The notes beneath the pieces were generated by a model. That model worked only from the letters and a program-made list of their open reading frames with translations. It ran no database searches and was not told the origin of the DNA. This document shows positions 23,318 to 34,445 of a stretch of DNA of 64,000 bases, in pieces (the first letter of the stretch is position 1; the number at the start of each line of letters is the position of its first letter). The position numbers and the translations under genes are program-made. The stretch is from Naegleria gruberi (lineage: Eukaryota), in NCBI GenBank assembly GCA_000004985.1, contig GG738867.1. One strand, given 5' to 3'.

Positions 23318-23470
23318 ATGGCCACACTTGAGCCTCAACTAGGCGTGCAGGTGGATACCACGAGATGATCTCTTGTTTCAGATGGCATTTCGGCTGTTTA
23401 CAAAACGCCAGTTTTTTAGTGGCTATAAGAGGATCCACTCTCGATTGAGTTGTCAGGCTTGAGAGGAGTA
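23318..23470. ncRNA. GC-rich structured island, candidate small ncRNA (identity unknown)
   Basis: About 150 nt at roughly 50% GC inside a >75% AT spacer between two genes. It has multiple short inverted repeats (GGTGGATACCAC, GAGATGATCTC, AGTGG...CCACT, GGCGT...ACGCC) and T/A runs at both flanks. Strand is undetermined. An overlapping 107-aa minus ORF looks spurious. Confidence 0.25.
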
Positions 23471-23689
23471 TTGAAAAATCCTTCAAAAAAAAACAAATAA
23501 CGCTCAACCTTGAAAATTTGATACTTGAAAAAAGCTGGTAACTGTTCTGCTCAATCATTATCATTCAAGATATTCATACACAAAAACGCATCATCTCAGT
23601 TGAGAGAGTCTCTGGAATATTAATCATCAGAGAAGAAATATTTCATCTCAACATCATCATCGCACCATCAAACAAGAAGCCTTTGAAAT

Positions 23690-25306
23690 ATGAGCAAACA
23701 AAATAATCATGAAGAGGATCTTCAACAACCTTCCTCTAATTCCTCTTCAATAGAGAATTCAATACAATCATCATCGCCACAACAACAACAACAAGTTGCT
23801 ACTTCGAATATTGCCACTCTAACAATAGAAGTTCATGAAAATCCAAGTGAAACTCAAGAAATAACAATCCCTCCAACAACAACAACAACAATAACCACTA
23901 CCGACACAAATAACAACATCAATAATACAATTGGAATGTCTCGAATTGGCTCTATCAATGCCATCTCCACAATCAACACCAAACAACAACAACCAACATC
24001 CCCAACTACTAATATTGCCTCCCCCACAGTCGTCAAACCAATTGAAACAAAGGAATGGCAAGTAGACTTTTCCAAATTCCCCATTGTTGATACCGATAGA
24101 ATGAAGCAATCATCAAAGAAAAAGTTGAGAAAGAAGGTTTCCCAATTCTATGAAAAACAAAATGAGCTTGTTGAAGGATATGCTGAATTATATACCAATA
24201 CAGTGACTAAGGAATTTCTGAAGGATTCCGATGAAGAAGGAGAGGAAGGTGATTCCTTTTTAAAAGATACCAGTGCTGATGATGAAAAGAGAGAAGCAGC
24301 TGAGGCCCTTGAGAGGAAGGAGAGTAGATATGCTTCATTTTGTATCCAAGCCAGTTTTTGGGTCAATGTCTTGCTCTTATTCTTGAAAGTTTCTGCCAGT
24401 TTGCTTTCCTTGTCCCTTTCTGTTATTACATCAACCATTGACTCGATTTTGGATTTGGTCTCTGGACTCATTCTCTTCTATACAAACCTTTTGAAGAAAA
24501 AGAAGAGTGATCTTCACTTGTATCCAGCTGGTAAGGAAAGATTGGAACCATTAGGTTTTATCATCTTTGCCACCTGTATGTCAACAGCCAGTTTACAAAT
24601 TATTAAGGAAGGTGTTGTTGGTATCATTACAGGTCTAGTTACTGGCGACCCGTATCTCCCAACAGATTCTCAAAACATTGTAGAATGGATTATGAAACCA
24701 GAGTTACTCAATGGAGAAATGGAATGGATGCTTGGTATCAAAATTCCTTCCACTTTCAAAATGGTATTTTACATTTATGGTCTTTTTGTATTGTTTATTG
24801 CTATTGTGTTGAAATCTGTCCTCTATGTTTTGTGTATCAGAGCTAAGGATTCTCCATCATGTGAAGCTTATGCCTTCGATCACAGAAATGATGTATTGAG
24901 CAATACCTTTTTAATTATATCTCTCTTTGTTTCTCAGTGGGTTTGGTGGTTGGATCCTTTTGGTGCTACTCTGTTATCCATTTATATTATTTATGGTTGG
25001 GTTGGTGAGTCGATGGAACATGTGACTAAATTAGTTGGTTTGACTGCCGAATCAGAGTTTATCAAAAAGTTGACCTTTATTGCTGTAAATCAGAGTGAAA
25101 AGATCATGAAGGTTGAAACTGTTACTGCCTGGTACAGTGGTATGAATATTATTGCTGAGATTCACGTTGTACTTCCACCTAACATGTCCCTTAGAGAAGC
25201 CCATAATATTGGTGAGGATTTGCAAATGAAGATAGAGTCTGTCCCAGAGGTGGAACGATGTTTCGTACATTTGGATTTCAATGATAACCATAAAATAAGT
25301 AAATAA
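23690..25306 (+). CDS. Cation diffusion facilitator (CDF/MTP) family metal transporter
   Basis: TM core with CDF motifs (SLLSLSLSVITSTIDSILDLVSGLIL...LYPAGKERLEPLGFIIFA). The C-terminal cytoplasmic domain ends HLDFNDNHK. The N-terminal 200 aa are low complexity (poly-Q, poly-T). Confidence 0.75.
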   Translation: MSKQNNHEEDLQQPSSNSSSIENSIQSSSPQQQQQVATSNIATLTIEVHENPSETQEITIPPTTTTTITTTDTNNNINNTIGMSRIGSINAISTINTKQQQPTSPTTNIASPTVVKPIETKEWQVDFSKFPIVDTDRMKQSSKKKLRKKVSQFYEKQNELVEGYAELYTNTVTKEFLKDSDEEGEEGDSFLKDTSADDEKREAAEALERKESRYASFCIQASFWVNVLLLFLKVSASLLSLSLSVITSTIDSILDLVSGLILFYTNLLKKKKSDLHLYPAGKERLEPLGFIIFATCMSTASLQIIKEGVVGIITGLVTGDPYLPTDSQNIVEWIMKPELLNGEMEWMLGIKIPSTFKMVFYIYGLFVLFIAIVLKSVLYVLCIRAKDSPSCEAYAFDHRNDVLSNTFLIISLFVSQWVWWLDPFGATLLSIYIIYGWVGESMEHVTKLVGLTAESEFIKKLTFIAVNQSEKIMKVETVTAWYSGMNIIAEIHVVLPPNMSLREAHNIGEDLQMKIESVPEVERCFVHLDFNDNHKISK

Positions 25307-25452
25307 TTAGTTAATAAGAAGTGCTAAGCTTTTTGGAACGAAATGTTTTGGTTCTGATTTAAGTTGTTTCTCTAGCTGAAAGTGAAACTCTTCCACAACT
25401 TTCAAAAATTGTATCATTGTCAATGAAATAGTAGTAAAATTATGCTTTCTGT

Positions 25453-27870
25453 TTAAGTGTTATAATTTCCTCTTCCAACAATTTTATTTCTTTCCAATAG
25501 TTCTTTCACTTGTTTGTTTTTTTCAAATGTAATTTTATCCACTTCCTCAGCTAGTTGAGAGTAACTTTTCAATGGCATGATTTTCTTAAATTCTTCAATT
25601 TCATTGGTAATGTTCAATGTTAAATCTTTAATTTCACCTCGCAAGAATTTCAAAATATTCTCAATTATTAAAAGGTGTAAATAACAATTCAATATTTTGG
25701 TTGAATCTCTTTGAATCATTGTAATGATACATCTGATCAATAGTTCATTAATTCCAACTTCTGGATCGATAGAATGATTGATCAGTTTTTCAATTGCATA
25801 ATGTAATTTCATTTCTCCTTCAGTTGTTGTTATTACAGTATAGAAATACTTTCCATATCCACTAAAGTATGGATAGCCATTATTGTACTTTGAAACATCT
25901 GGATCAGTTACAAATTTTTCATCCAGTTGTAATGGACAATTGGTCAGTAATTTCAAAAAAATACATCCCAAAGAGAAAATATCAGATGAAGTGGTTATTT
26001 GTCCAATATTGTGAGCTAATCTATCGTTATCACCATATTTAAACATGTTGTCAGTGTAATTGTCATGTGAAACCTCAGGAGACATGTAGGCATACTTTCC
26101 ACGTGCAATTGTAATTGAGTGACCTATCTTAATAACTCTTGATGTTTCAAAATCAATAATTTTAAAAGTATCTCCAATTTTAACAATATTTTGCGGATCT
26201 AAATCTCTGTGAGCAATATTATGATCATGAATTGACTTGACTGATCTCAATACTTTGGTGAATATTTCAAACAATTCTATTAATTTGTCCTTGGTTAAGA
26301 AGGTGTCTCGATAAATGTCATTATTTCTGTAAATATAATGTGACAATGATTCCTCTCCAAGCTCCATCACTGAATACAAATGATTTTGAATAACAGCACA
26401 TTCAAAACACTTGATCTTTCCTTCAATATCTGTTCTTTTCAATAAATTAATTGTGTAGTTGGTAGCAGCTTCAGAACCCTCTGGATCATATTTGAATTTC
26501 ATGGCTCGTAAAGATTTTGTTTTTTTGTGAAATACTTTGAAAACGACGCCTTCTGCTCCATATCCTAAAACTGAAATAAAGTCATATTCCATTTTGAAAT
26601 GAATATAGTAATAATTGAGTGCTTTGAAAATTTTTGCTAAATCTCCTCGTAATTCATTGTATTTACACAATATTTGTTTGTAATTCTCAAATGTTTGCTC
26701 ACTTTCAAACCATTTAATGACAAAACTCATAATTTCCATAATTTCCTTTGTTGAATAAAAAGAGGTTTTGAAATTACTTGAAACATTTTCCACAACATTC
26801 TTCAAATCCTTCATGTCTGTTGTTTGGGAAGGATTATCTTTAAGAAAATTATCCAATCTGAAACAAAATAAATGAAAGTTAGCACTTTCTGAAATAGGAA
26901 TATTGTTGGACAATTCTTCGTGGTTCATTTGTTTCAATATTTGGAAGGTGATTAATTTTTCAACAAGTAGTGGTGAATAGGTTTTTTGGTTGAAATAATT
27001 AAATAGTGCGCTTTTGGATTTTGGATTAAATAGTGAACTTAACTCAATAGCAAAATATAAATCCTTTTCTTCCAAATACTTTTTTGAGTATAGTTCAATA
27101 ATATTTGTTGATAGCATTCTATGTAAATCAACACAATCCTCAATGCTTTTGGTAATAGAAGGAGAGAATTCTTTTGCAATCTTGGTATTGTGTTTGAATA
27201 GGGAGAAAATGAAAGGAATATCTCCTTTAAATGAGTTATCAACATGTTCAAGTACCAATCTATTTTGTTTAACAGCTTCCAATACTATTTCTCTATCTTT
27301 TTTAAATGATTCATCTGCACGTTGAAGTGCATTTCCATTTTGTTTAACAGCTTCCAATACAAATTCTCTATCCTTTTTAAAAGATTCGTCAACATATTCA
27401 AGTACCTTTCCATTTTGTTTAACAACATTCAAAACAAAATTTCTATCTTTTTTCAATGATTGATCAGCAAAGTCAAACAAAAATTCATGCAACACAACAA
27501 CTTGCAATAAAAATTGTCTATCTTTTTTCAATGATTCATCCGCATATTTAAGTAACAGTCCATATTGAACTGCAGCATTCCAATCACTATCAGTTTCCTT
27601 TCCTTTAACAGCTTCCAATATTATCTCTCTATCTTTTCTAAGTGATTCATCAGCACATTGAAGTGCCAATCCATTTTGTTTAACAGCTTCCAATACAATT
27701 TCTCTATCTTTTTTGAATGATTCATCTGCATATGTAAGTAACAATCCATTTTGTTTAACAATATTCAATACAAATTCTCTATCTTTTGTACGCTTCAAAA
27801 CTCCCAATACGATATCTTGTAGTTGTTGTTCTTGTTGTTCTGTATTATTGTTATCATTGCTAGCTATCAT
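25453..27870 (-). CDS. Protein kinase-like protein with N-terminal about 9x 31-residue tandem repeats (consensus ADESFKKDREIVLEAVKQNGxAL)
   Basis: Kinase subdomains are VLGYGAEGVVFK, RAMKF, HRDLDPQNIV, DFETS and YMSPEV. Catalytic-loop K is replaced by D and DFG is DFE. The repeat array covers about 26940..27790. Confidence 0.7.
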   Translation of the reverse strand: MIASNDNNNTEQQEQQLQDIVLGVLKRTKDREFVLNIVKQNGLLLTYADESFKKDREIVLEAVKQNGLALQCADESLRKDREIILEAVKGKETDSDWNAAVQYGLLLKYADESLKKDRQFLLQVVVLHEFLFDFADQSLKKDRNFVLNVVKQNGKVLEYVDESFKKDREFVLEAVKQNGNALQRADESFKKDREIVLEAVKQNRLVLEHVDNSFKGDIPFIFSLFKHNTKIAKEFSPSITKSIEDCVDLHRMLSTNIIELYSKKYLEEKDLYFAIELSSLFNPKSKSALFNYFNQKTYSPLLVEKLITFQILKQMNHEELSNNIPISESANFHLFCFRLDNFLKDNPSQTTDMKDLKNVVENVSSNFKTSFYSTKEIMEIMSFVIKWFESEQTFENYKQILCKYNELRGDLAKIFKALNYYYIHFKMEYDFISVLGYGAEGVVFKVFHKKTKSLRAMKFKYDPEGSEAATNYTINLLKRTDIEGKIKCFECAVIQNHLYSVMELGEESLSHYIYRNNDIYRDTFLTKDKLIELFEIFTKVLRSVKSIHDHNIAHRDLDPQNIVKIGDTFKIIDFETSRVIKIGHSITIARGKYAYMSPEVSHDNYTDNMFKYGDNDRLAHNIGQITTSSDIFSLGCIFLKLLTNCPLQLDEKFVTDPDVSKYNNGYPYFSGYGKYFYTVITTTEGEMKLHYAIEKLINHSIDPEVGINELLIRCIITMIQRDSTKILNCYLHLLIIENILKFLRGEIKDLTLNITNEIEEFKKIMPLKSYSQLAEEVDKITFEKNKQVKELLERNKIVGRGNYNT
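26940..27790 (-). repeat. Coding tandem repeat, about 93-nt period (31 aa), about 9 copies
   Basis: Repeated ...ADESFKKDREIVLEAVKQNG... units are visible in the translation. The antisense ORF 27014..27325 is a by-product. Confidence 0.7.
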
Positions 27871-28841
27871 TGCGATTGCGATAATGGTACTTTAACGTTG
27901 TGGATTTTTTTTTAAGTAAAACGTGATTCTAAATTAATGTACTCATGAATGTCAATAATTTTACAAAATGTACTCGTCATTCTTGGGCACGGAATTGTTG
28001 TGAATCAGGAAAAGTTGAATAGAGCTACAGCTTGTTCCAAATCCTATCTCATATATAATTAAGGCAAATTTTAAAAATTGAAGCCAATAAATGAAGGAAA
28101 ATTCCGAACAATGATATGGTTGCCCATCTTTCCATTTAGATCGACCAGTGATGATTTTACTGAAAATTGACTTTCATTATCCTAGTTCCATCCTAGTTAC
28201 AAATTTATATTAATCCAATAATTAAAAATTCCACGAATTATTTTGATGATGTTAATATATTGTGATGGTTTCATTATTTGATGAATTGAAACCATGTTGA
28301 AAATCAACAAACTTCCGAATCATTGGTTTTCACTGCATGTTGATTCAGTTTTTGATAGTGTAAACATCAAATAATTATAGTTAATAAGAAGTGGCGTTTA
28401 GACCTTAATAAGGGAAAATTTGTAAAACAGCTGATCCTGGCAAACTTCAATGTATTCTGTTCCAAGTTTATTTGGCTCAAAGATGCTGTGTTTGAAATGA
28501 AATTACCATGAGTATTCAACAAACTGTAGGGGGTTTTCATGTATAAAATTCCCAGAGATATCACTCGACGCAAACTCAATTATAAATCAATTTTTAACGA
28601 CAGTATCCAAATAGAAGTGGCTGCGCTTTGATATACATTAGCCATGGTTCCGATCTAAGGATCTGTCGAACTTTGGCTGTGGCTTGTGAAGAGTCAAAAG
28701 CAATTGTGGTGGTCAGATAGCCTTAATTGGTCAAATATTTGAATGAACTCCCCACGCCCAAAACAACAGAACACAACAACACAAACGGCAATATCACAAC
28801 AAAAACAATAAAAATAAGAAGAACCCCAAACACAATTTAAT

Positions 28842-30662
28842 ATGAACCCGACACAACCGAGCAGCAATCCCAATCTCCTGCAGGTACAAGGCTCTGCAAA
28901 CCATAATGTCAGTGGTGCTAGTTTAAGCTTTGATGATGTTGGTAGTCATCATAGCGGATTTGGAGGCATTGGTTTCAATGGAGAGTCAAGCCAGGTAGAT
29001 CCCTCCGTTACACAAAAGAGTCGTTCTAGTTCCAATAATACGAATAATCCTTTGGTTATATTTGAGAGGAGTTTTTCGATATTCATCTCGGCGTTAAGGA
29101 ATACTCTAGAATCAACAACATACATATATTCTGTTCTGCTGTATATTTGGATAATTTTGCAAACATTTTCTTTATCTTCCTATTATGAATACAGGTGGGG
29201 AAATATTGCAGGATGGATAATGAGAGGAATAGCAGCAATATGGACATTAGGGTTTGATTTTATGCCATATAATGTAAGTATATAGTGATTAGAGGTGTAA
29301 TGATTAATATTGTGTTTCCTTAATGATTGTTACTACTCAATTTACTGGTTCTATTTTAACAACTTCATCAACCCTAAAATCCTTTTCATCCCAATGAATA
29401 ATTATTAACTTGCAATCTCTCAACAGGGTCATATTGTTATAATATCTCTGTCTTTGGCCCTTAACATTGTAACATTATTAATGTTCTTATATTGCAAATC
29501 TGCGCTTGGAAATGGCAGTAAACATTGGGATAGACTAAAACGATACACAAGAAAGATGTGTGTCATTCATCTCGTATTTTCTGTTCCGATGATGTATTGC
29601 TATGGAGTGTTTTGGCACTGTGATTATACGACACTGAAATTGTTCGCCTTCTCTGAAGTTGAATGTTGGTCTCCTTCTAATAGTGGCCTTGCATCAATAT
29701 CAATGTTGGGAGCATTAATGACTTTCATTATTACATTAATATCAAGTTTGGTTCTTGTAGATATCAATCCAGCAAGTAAGGGAATATTTGTGAGTTTTAC
29801 TCCATTCTTTTTTGCTTCTCTAGTTGCTTCGAATACTCTTTTTGCATTCCTTCAACAAGCTATTCCTCCTTACATTTACTATGCTGTCCCATCATTATTT
29901 ATTGTGAAACAGTTATTGTTGTGTGTAGCGCTTGTTCAGAGATATCCATTCTTTAGAAGAGTGGAAAATTCAGTCATGTTTGGGGTATTGGTAGGCTCTG
30001 GAATGTGGGCAGTAGCAAATCTGGTTGTCTTCTCTGTAAATAGTAATGTTCCTTCAATTGATCTGGAAACATCAGGACTTGCAATAATGGGTGTTGGTTT
30101 CTTGTTGCCCATCACTGGGATCGTTCTCGGTTTTGTTGGTATTGAAATTGCCACTCGTGTCATTGTTTCAAAAGTAAAACATGATCTCGATAACTTAATG
30201 AGCAGTCCTCAAGGTGAACTGGAAGAAATGAAGTATTCTCATTTATTTATTCAGTGGGCCATGAAAGATCATTCCCTTGCAGAGTACGTGCGGTATCTTA
30301 TTAATGAAGTTTCTTCAACCAAGGTGGATCTCTCATTCATCGATTTGATAACGAGTGCTTGTTATATGCACTATTTGGTGGAAGATTTTCAAACCAGTGC
30401 ACTCTTGTTGCTTAAAAGATCTGAAGAAATGTTTGATTCTGTTTGGTTCATTGACAGATTAGAACTCCAAATAAGAAAGAGAGAAATCACTAGCCACATT
30501 CATGCTGAAAGCGCTGAAGTGTCTGAGTACTTGACAAAAGTTGTAGCTAAACAAGACACAATTCTAATTCTCCAAAGATCATTCTGGAAAATTGTCCTAT
30601 CAGAAGAAATATCTGAATTGGCGATGGAACAAGCAGGAAGAAAGATATGGTCAACTCTTTGA
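28842..30662 (+). CDS. Multi-pass membrane protein, 2 exons: 28842..~29272, 29427..30659; possibly the N-terminal part of the downstream PAS-cyclase gene
   Basis: Exon 1 ends ...FMPYN followed by GTAAGT. A 154-nt intron runs to TCTCAACAG|GGTCATATT, phase 0. At least 8 predicted TM helices are followed by a soluble about 170-aa region. The stop overlaps the start of the next ORF in another frame. Coordinates are +/-1. Confidence 0.5.
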
Positions 30663-33346
30663 ATGAATACAGATATATTCAAAAAAATTTAGAGCTCTAT
30701 GGAACTCTTGATACTGAGAGGTTTGAATCCATTAAAGGAAGATTGGCTTGGTATGCCAGTATGATAAATGAAATGGTGAAAACAGTACAATCTAATTATT
30801 TCACAGATGAAATGAAAAATGATATGCTTGGAACTAAGAGTGAAGTGTTTCTTCCTTCTCTTTCTGCTGACGGTAGCTATACGTTCAGCACAAAGAATAT
30901 GACATATTCAGAATTGATGCATTTGATCGGTTCTGTTACATCAGTATTAGCCAATAGTACTTTAGAAACTTTTAGGAATACCACAAACTTTGAGTACATC
31001 TTTTTGTGGAAGAACAGGTTACTCTTTATTGATTATTTCGAGGTCTTTTGCGATATTTTGACTGCAAGAAACTTTGAACATTTGAATGCATGGTCCAACA
31101 TTATTATTGGTGTAATGTCAACCCTGATAGGTCTATTTACCATATATTTGATCGTGTTTTGGGTAATTGTTGGTGGCTATATGAAGGCATCATCCAAGCT
31201 ATTCAAGCTTTACAAGTTTTTACCAAAGGATGAAGTAGGAAAGCTTTTCCATGAATTGGAGAAAAAGACAAGCCAGCTTAATCAAAGAATTGAGTTTAGA
31301 AAGTCCAATCTATTATCTCCTTCAAACGTTATGATCTACTTTTTGGCTTTAGTCTTCTTACTAACTTATATTTCAGTTGGATTGATATTTTTTGAGGCCC
31401 TTTACAACTCTGTTTACAACAGACAAGCAATTTCCAAAGTTCAACATGGTACAGAAATTACGCACGATTTGACCAAGATCACCTTTGGTTCATTCCAATC
31501 CTTATTTGATGATACTGATTATCTTCAATATACACACGATGAATTGTATGAATTTGCAAAGCGGTACAATACCATGGACGAGTACACTGATTTCAGATAC
31601 GGAACAGAGGATGCAGGTTATTATAATTTAATTGGTATGACATCTTCTATAGATACACAAGTTGAGCACCGTGGAACAGATGCTAAATGCAAGAATTACA
31701 CTTTGATTAATTTTGATATTTCACAAATAGAATGCATGAGCATGGATGAATTGATTAATGCAAATGCTTACTATTTAGCTAAACAAGTAGAAGATATTTA
31801 CAAGAAGAAATATTCAGAAGAACAATTGTTGGCAACTTTTTGGAAGAATTACTTGGTATACATTCAGACAAGAAAAAAGAGTTGGGGAATCATGCTTGAA
31901 TCTGTTGATTATTTCACCTCTAGAATTAATCAGAGAATAATAAGTGGTTTGGCTTGTGCCTTGCCTGCTCTGGTTGCTCTGTTAGCGTATATGGCTTTTA
32001 GGACTTATAGTAGAATTAATAAGGAAAGATCTCTCTTCTTATTAATGCTCTTCCAAGTTCCTTGTGATGTTCTAGATAATCTAGATCCAATCAAGAATTA
32101 CATTTTTAATAGAAGCTTTGATTCTGGAAAGAAGAATAAGCAATTGTCATTGGATGGAAGAAGTGAGGTTAAGGCAGTTTGTGATGCTGCTGTGGATGGA
32201 ATGATTCTTTGTACCTCTGTTGGTGTGATTGAAATCTTTAACACTGCCTCGGAAACAATGTTTGGATACAAGTCCACAGATGTACTTGGATTGTCTCTTA
32301 CCAAACTGTTTGAAAAGGAAGGCAGAGAAAAGGTAGAGAATATTCTGGCCAGATTGAGACAATCTAATGAAACAATGGGAGAAACTCTAGAATTGGTTTG
32401 TTTAAGAAAAAATGACAGAAAGTTCCCAACAAGAGTTTCCTTATCAGTTAGTTTGCTAAGCACTTCCAATAACATGAAAAAATCTGTCATTACATGCTTT
32501 ATCAAGGATATCACCACCGAATTGAAACACAATAATTTGATTAAGGAAGAAAAGATGAAGTCTGAAGCACTCTTGTTGAATATTCTCCCTGAACCAGTGG
32601 CCAATAGACTGAAGGCAGGTGAAACCAATATATATGAAAACTTTAAGGATGTTACCTGTTTCTTTAGCGACATTGTTGGTTTTACAACCATGTCATCAAC
32701 CATGGAACCAAATCAAGTGGTTGCCATGTTGAACGAAATTGTCAATCAATTTGATATCCTTTGTGACTCGTATGATTTAGAAAAAATCAAAACTATTGGT
32801 GATGCATACTTTTGTTGTGGTGGTTTACACAATTGTATGCAAAGTGATCACCCTGAGAAAGTTGTTAGATTTGCCATTGATACATTGGGTGTCATTTATA
32901 TTTACAATACTCAAAACAATACTACTGTGAATATTCGTGTTGGTGTACATACTGGCAGTGTAGTAGCTGGTGTTTTAGGTATAAAGAAGTTTGCTTATGA
33001 TTTGTGGGGAGATGCTGTAAATACTGCCTCTCGTATGGAATCAACCGGTTTACCTGGTAGAGTTCAAATATCAAGAGACACTTATGAAAGAGTGCACGAT
33101 TTGTTCGAATTTGATTTGAGAGAAATTGAAGTTAAAGGAAAAGGTAAAATGAAGACATATGTGGTAAAGGAAAAACATCATCAAAATCCAAACAAGGAAT
33201 CTCCAGAAATTACCAGTACCACTATTCTAAGAAACAGACTGGGTGAATCAAGTTCTGCAGCAAATTTATTCCAAGCTCAACAAAATATTGACCATGAAAA
33301 TTCAGTTCCAAATTTACTTCAATTAACCATTCCAGATAAATATTAA
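30647..33346 (+). CDS. Class III nucleotidyl (adenylyl/guanylyl) cyclase with TM segments and a PAS domain
   Basis: Three TM helices; a PAS-like segment (VCDAAVDGMILCTSVGVIEIFNTASETMFGYKSTDVLGLSLTKLF); then a cyclase domain with FFSDIVGFTTMSS, KIKTIGDAYFCCGGL, IRVGVHTGSVVAGVLG and WGDAVNTASRMES. Confidence 0.8.
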   Translation: MVNSLNEYRYIQKNLELYGTLDTERFESIKGRLAWYASMINEMVKTVQSNYFTDEMKNDMLGTKSEVFLPSLSADGSYTFSTKNMTYSELMHLIGSVTSVLANSTLETFRNTTNFEYIFLWKNRLLFIDYFEVFCDILTARNFEHLNAWSNIIIGVMSTLIGLFTIYLIVFWVIVGGYMKASSKLFKLYKFLPKDEVGKLFHELEKKTSQLNQRIEFRKSNLLSPSNVMIYFLALVFLLTYISVGLIFFEALYNSVYNRQAISKVQHGTEITHDLTKITFGSFQSLFDDTDYLQYTHDELYEFAKRYNTMDEYTDFRYGTEDAGYYNLIGMTSSIDTQVEHRGTDAKCKNYTLINFDISQIECMSMDELINANAYYLAKQVEDIYKKKYSEEQLLATFWKNYLVYIQTRKKSWGIMLESVDYFTSRINQRIISGLACALPALVALLAYMAFRTYSRINKERSLFLLMLFQVPCDVLDNLDPIKNYIFNRSFDSGKKNKQLSLDGRSEVKAVCDAAVDGMILCTSVGVIEIFNTASETMFGYKSTDVLGLSLTKLFEKEGREKVENILARLRQSNETMGETLELVCLRKNDRKFPTRVSLSVSLLSTSNNMKKSVITCFIKDITTELKHNNLIKEEKMKSEALLLNILPEPVANRLKAGETNIYENFKDVTCFFSDIVGFTTMSSTMEPNQVVAMLNEIVNQFDILCDSYDLEKIKTIGDAYFCCGGLHNCMQSDHPEKVVRFAIDTLGVIYIYNTQNNTTVNIRVGVHTGSVVAGVLGIKKFAYDLWGDAVNTASRMESTGLPGRVQISRDTYERVHDLFEFDLREIEVKGKGKMKTYVVKEKHHQNPNKESPEITSTTILRNRLGESSSAANLFQAQQNIDHENSVPNLLQLTIPDKY

Positions 33347-33386
33347 CTCAAAATATTATTAATTTAAATACTAAAAATACAAGAAT

Positions 33387-34445
33387 TTACTTTCCAAGTC
33401 TTTTGTTATCCTCTTCAATAAGTTCCTTATAATATCCCTCCCAATCAATTTTCATATTTCCTCCATATTCGGTTGCCAATTGATCAGCATCAACATAGTT
33501 CAACAAATCTTGTTGCTTGTTCACCATGACGTACTTGGCTTTGAGTTCTGTAGATAAAAAGGCGCTGAGGAAAGCCCAAATAATATTAATAGTCCAAGGA
33601 GCATTCATAATCAAGACTCTACCCAATCTTTCAGGATAGTAAAAACCCAAATCATCAAAAATATCTTTCTGTAATAATTGTTAAAAGTCTCTCCCCTAGC
33701 TAACACTTACCATTCTTTTAACCAAGGACAATGAAATTGCAGAAACATCAACAATCCAATTCATTTGGAATGCTGTTCCTTTAAATTCTCTTCTTCTGAA
33801 ATTTCTTTCATGCAAGTAAACCAAATGACGGAACTTGAGCTGTTTGTTTTCCTCGGAATTATCCAACAAATCCTTGTTTGTCCACATATAGAAAATAGGC
33901 ATATCATTTTGACAAATACCTTGATCAATCATCATATTAGAAGTACATGTTGTGTTAGTAAATTCTTCCATTCTAATCTCCTCTGGTTTATAAACAGCTC
34001 TCCAATTAACCATTTTCACAATCAATCGAGTAGCTTCATCCAATTTCCATTCAAACCCTCTGGAATATCTGAAAAAGGCAAAATTATCCAAAGTCAGCTC
34101 TCTCAGCTCATTCCACTTATCGGCATCAATTTGTAATTCATTCTTTTCATTCTTTACCAACTCTGGAATATTCTCCAAAACATTTATACCCATAAATCTC
34201 TTTACAATCTCATCACCATCCTTCACAATCACACGGATCACCATCATCATCAAATTATGAATAAATTTTAATTTTTCATCATTCATCACCGGAGAAACAT
34301 AAGTTGGATGAAGATCGCACATTTCCTTCAGTGTTGGTAAGTCAACAAGAGTTACTAGTTGTTGATCAGCAGCAGCAGATGATGATGATGATGAATTTAC
34401 TGCCTGATCAGAACATAAAGATGACGAAGGAACAAGTCGCAACAT
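33387..34445 (-). CDS. Sec14/CRAL-TRIO phosphatidylinositol-transfer protein, 2 exons: 33711..34445, 33390..33668
   Basis: N-terminal FAFFRYSRGFEWKLDEATRLIVKMVNWR (CRAL-TRIO_N). The C-terminal exon encodes GFYYPERLGRVLIMNAPW...ATEYGG. A 42-nt intron (33669..33710, GTAAGT..TTACAG, phase 0) joins ORFs 33696..34445 and 33387..33650. Start is in an A-rich context. Confidence 0.75.

Noticed and set aside
23819-24109. Cys/Gly-rich minus ORFs 23819..24109 and 23854..24084
   Set aside because: Antisense of the poly-Q/poly-T low-complexity N-terminus of the CDF transporter.
26940-27790. CRISPR-like regular repeats
   Set aside because: The 93-nt periodic repeats are protein-coding units inside eukaryotic kinase genes with no spacers. 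This is not a CRISPR array.
28560-28790. Possible tRNA-like segment (ggttccgatctaaggatc) in the divergent promoter region
   Set aside because: It lacks the T-loop consensus GGTTCGAATCC and an acceptor-stem/cloverleaf arrangement. It is probably promoter sequence.
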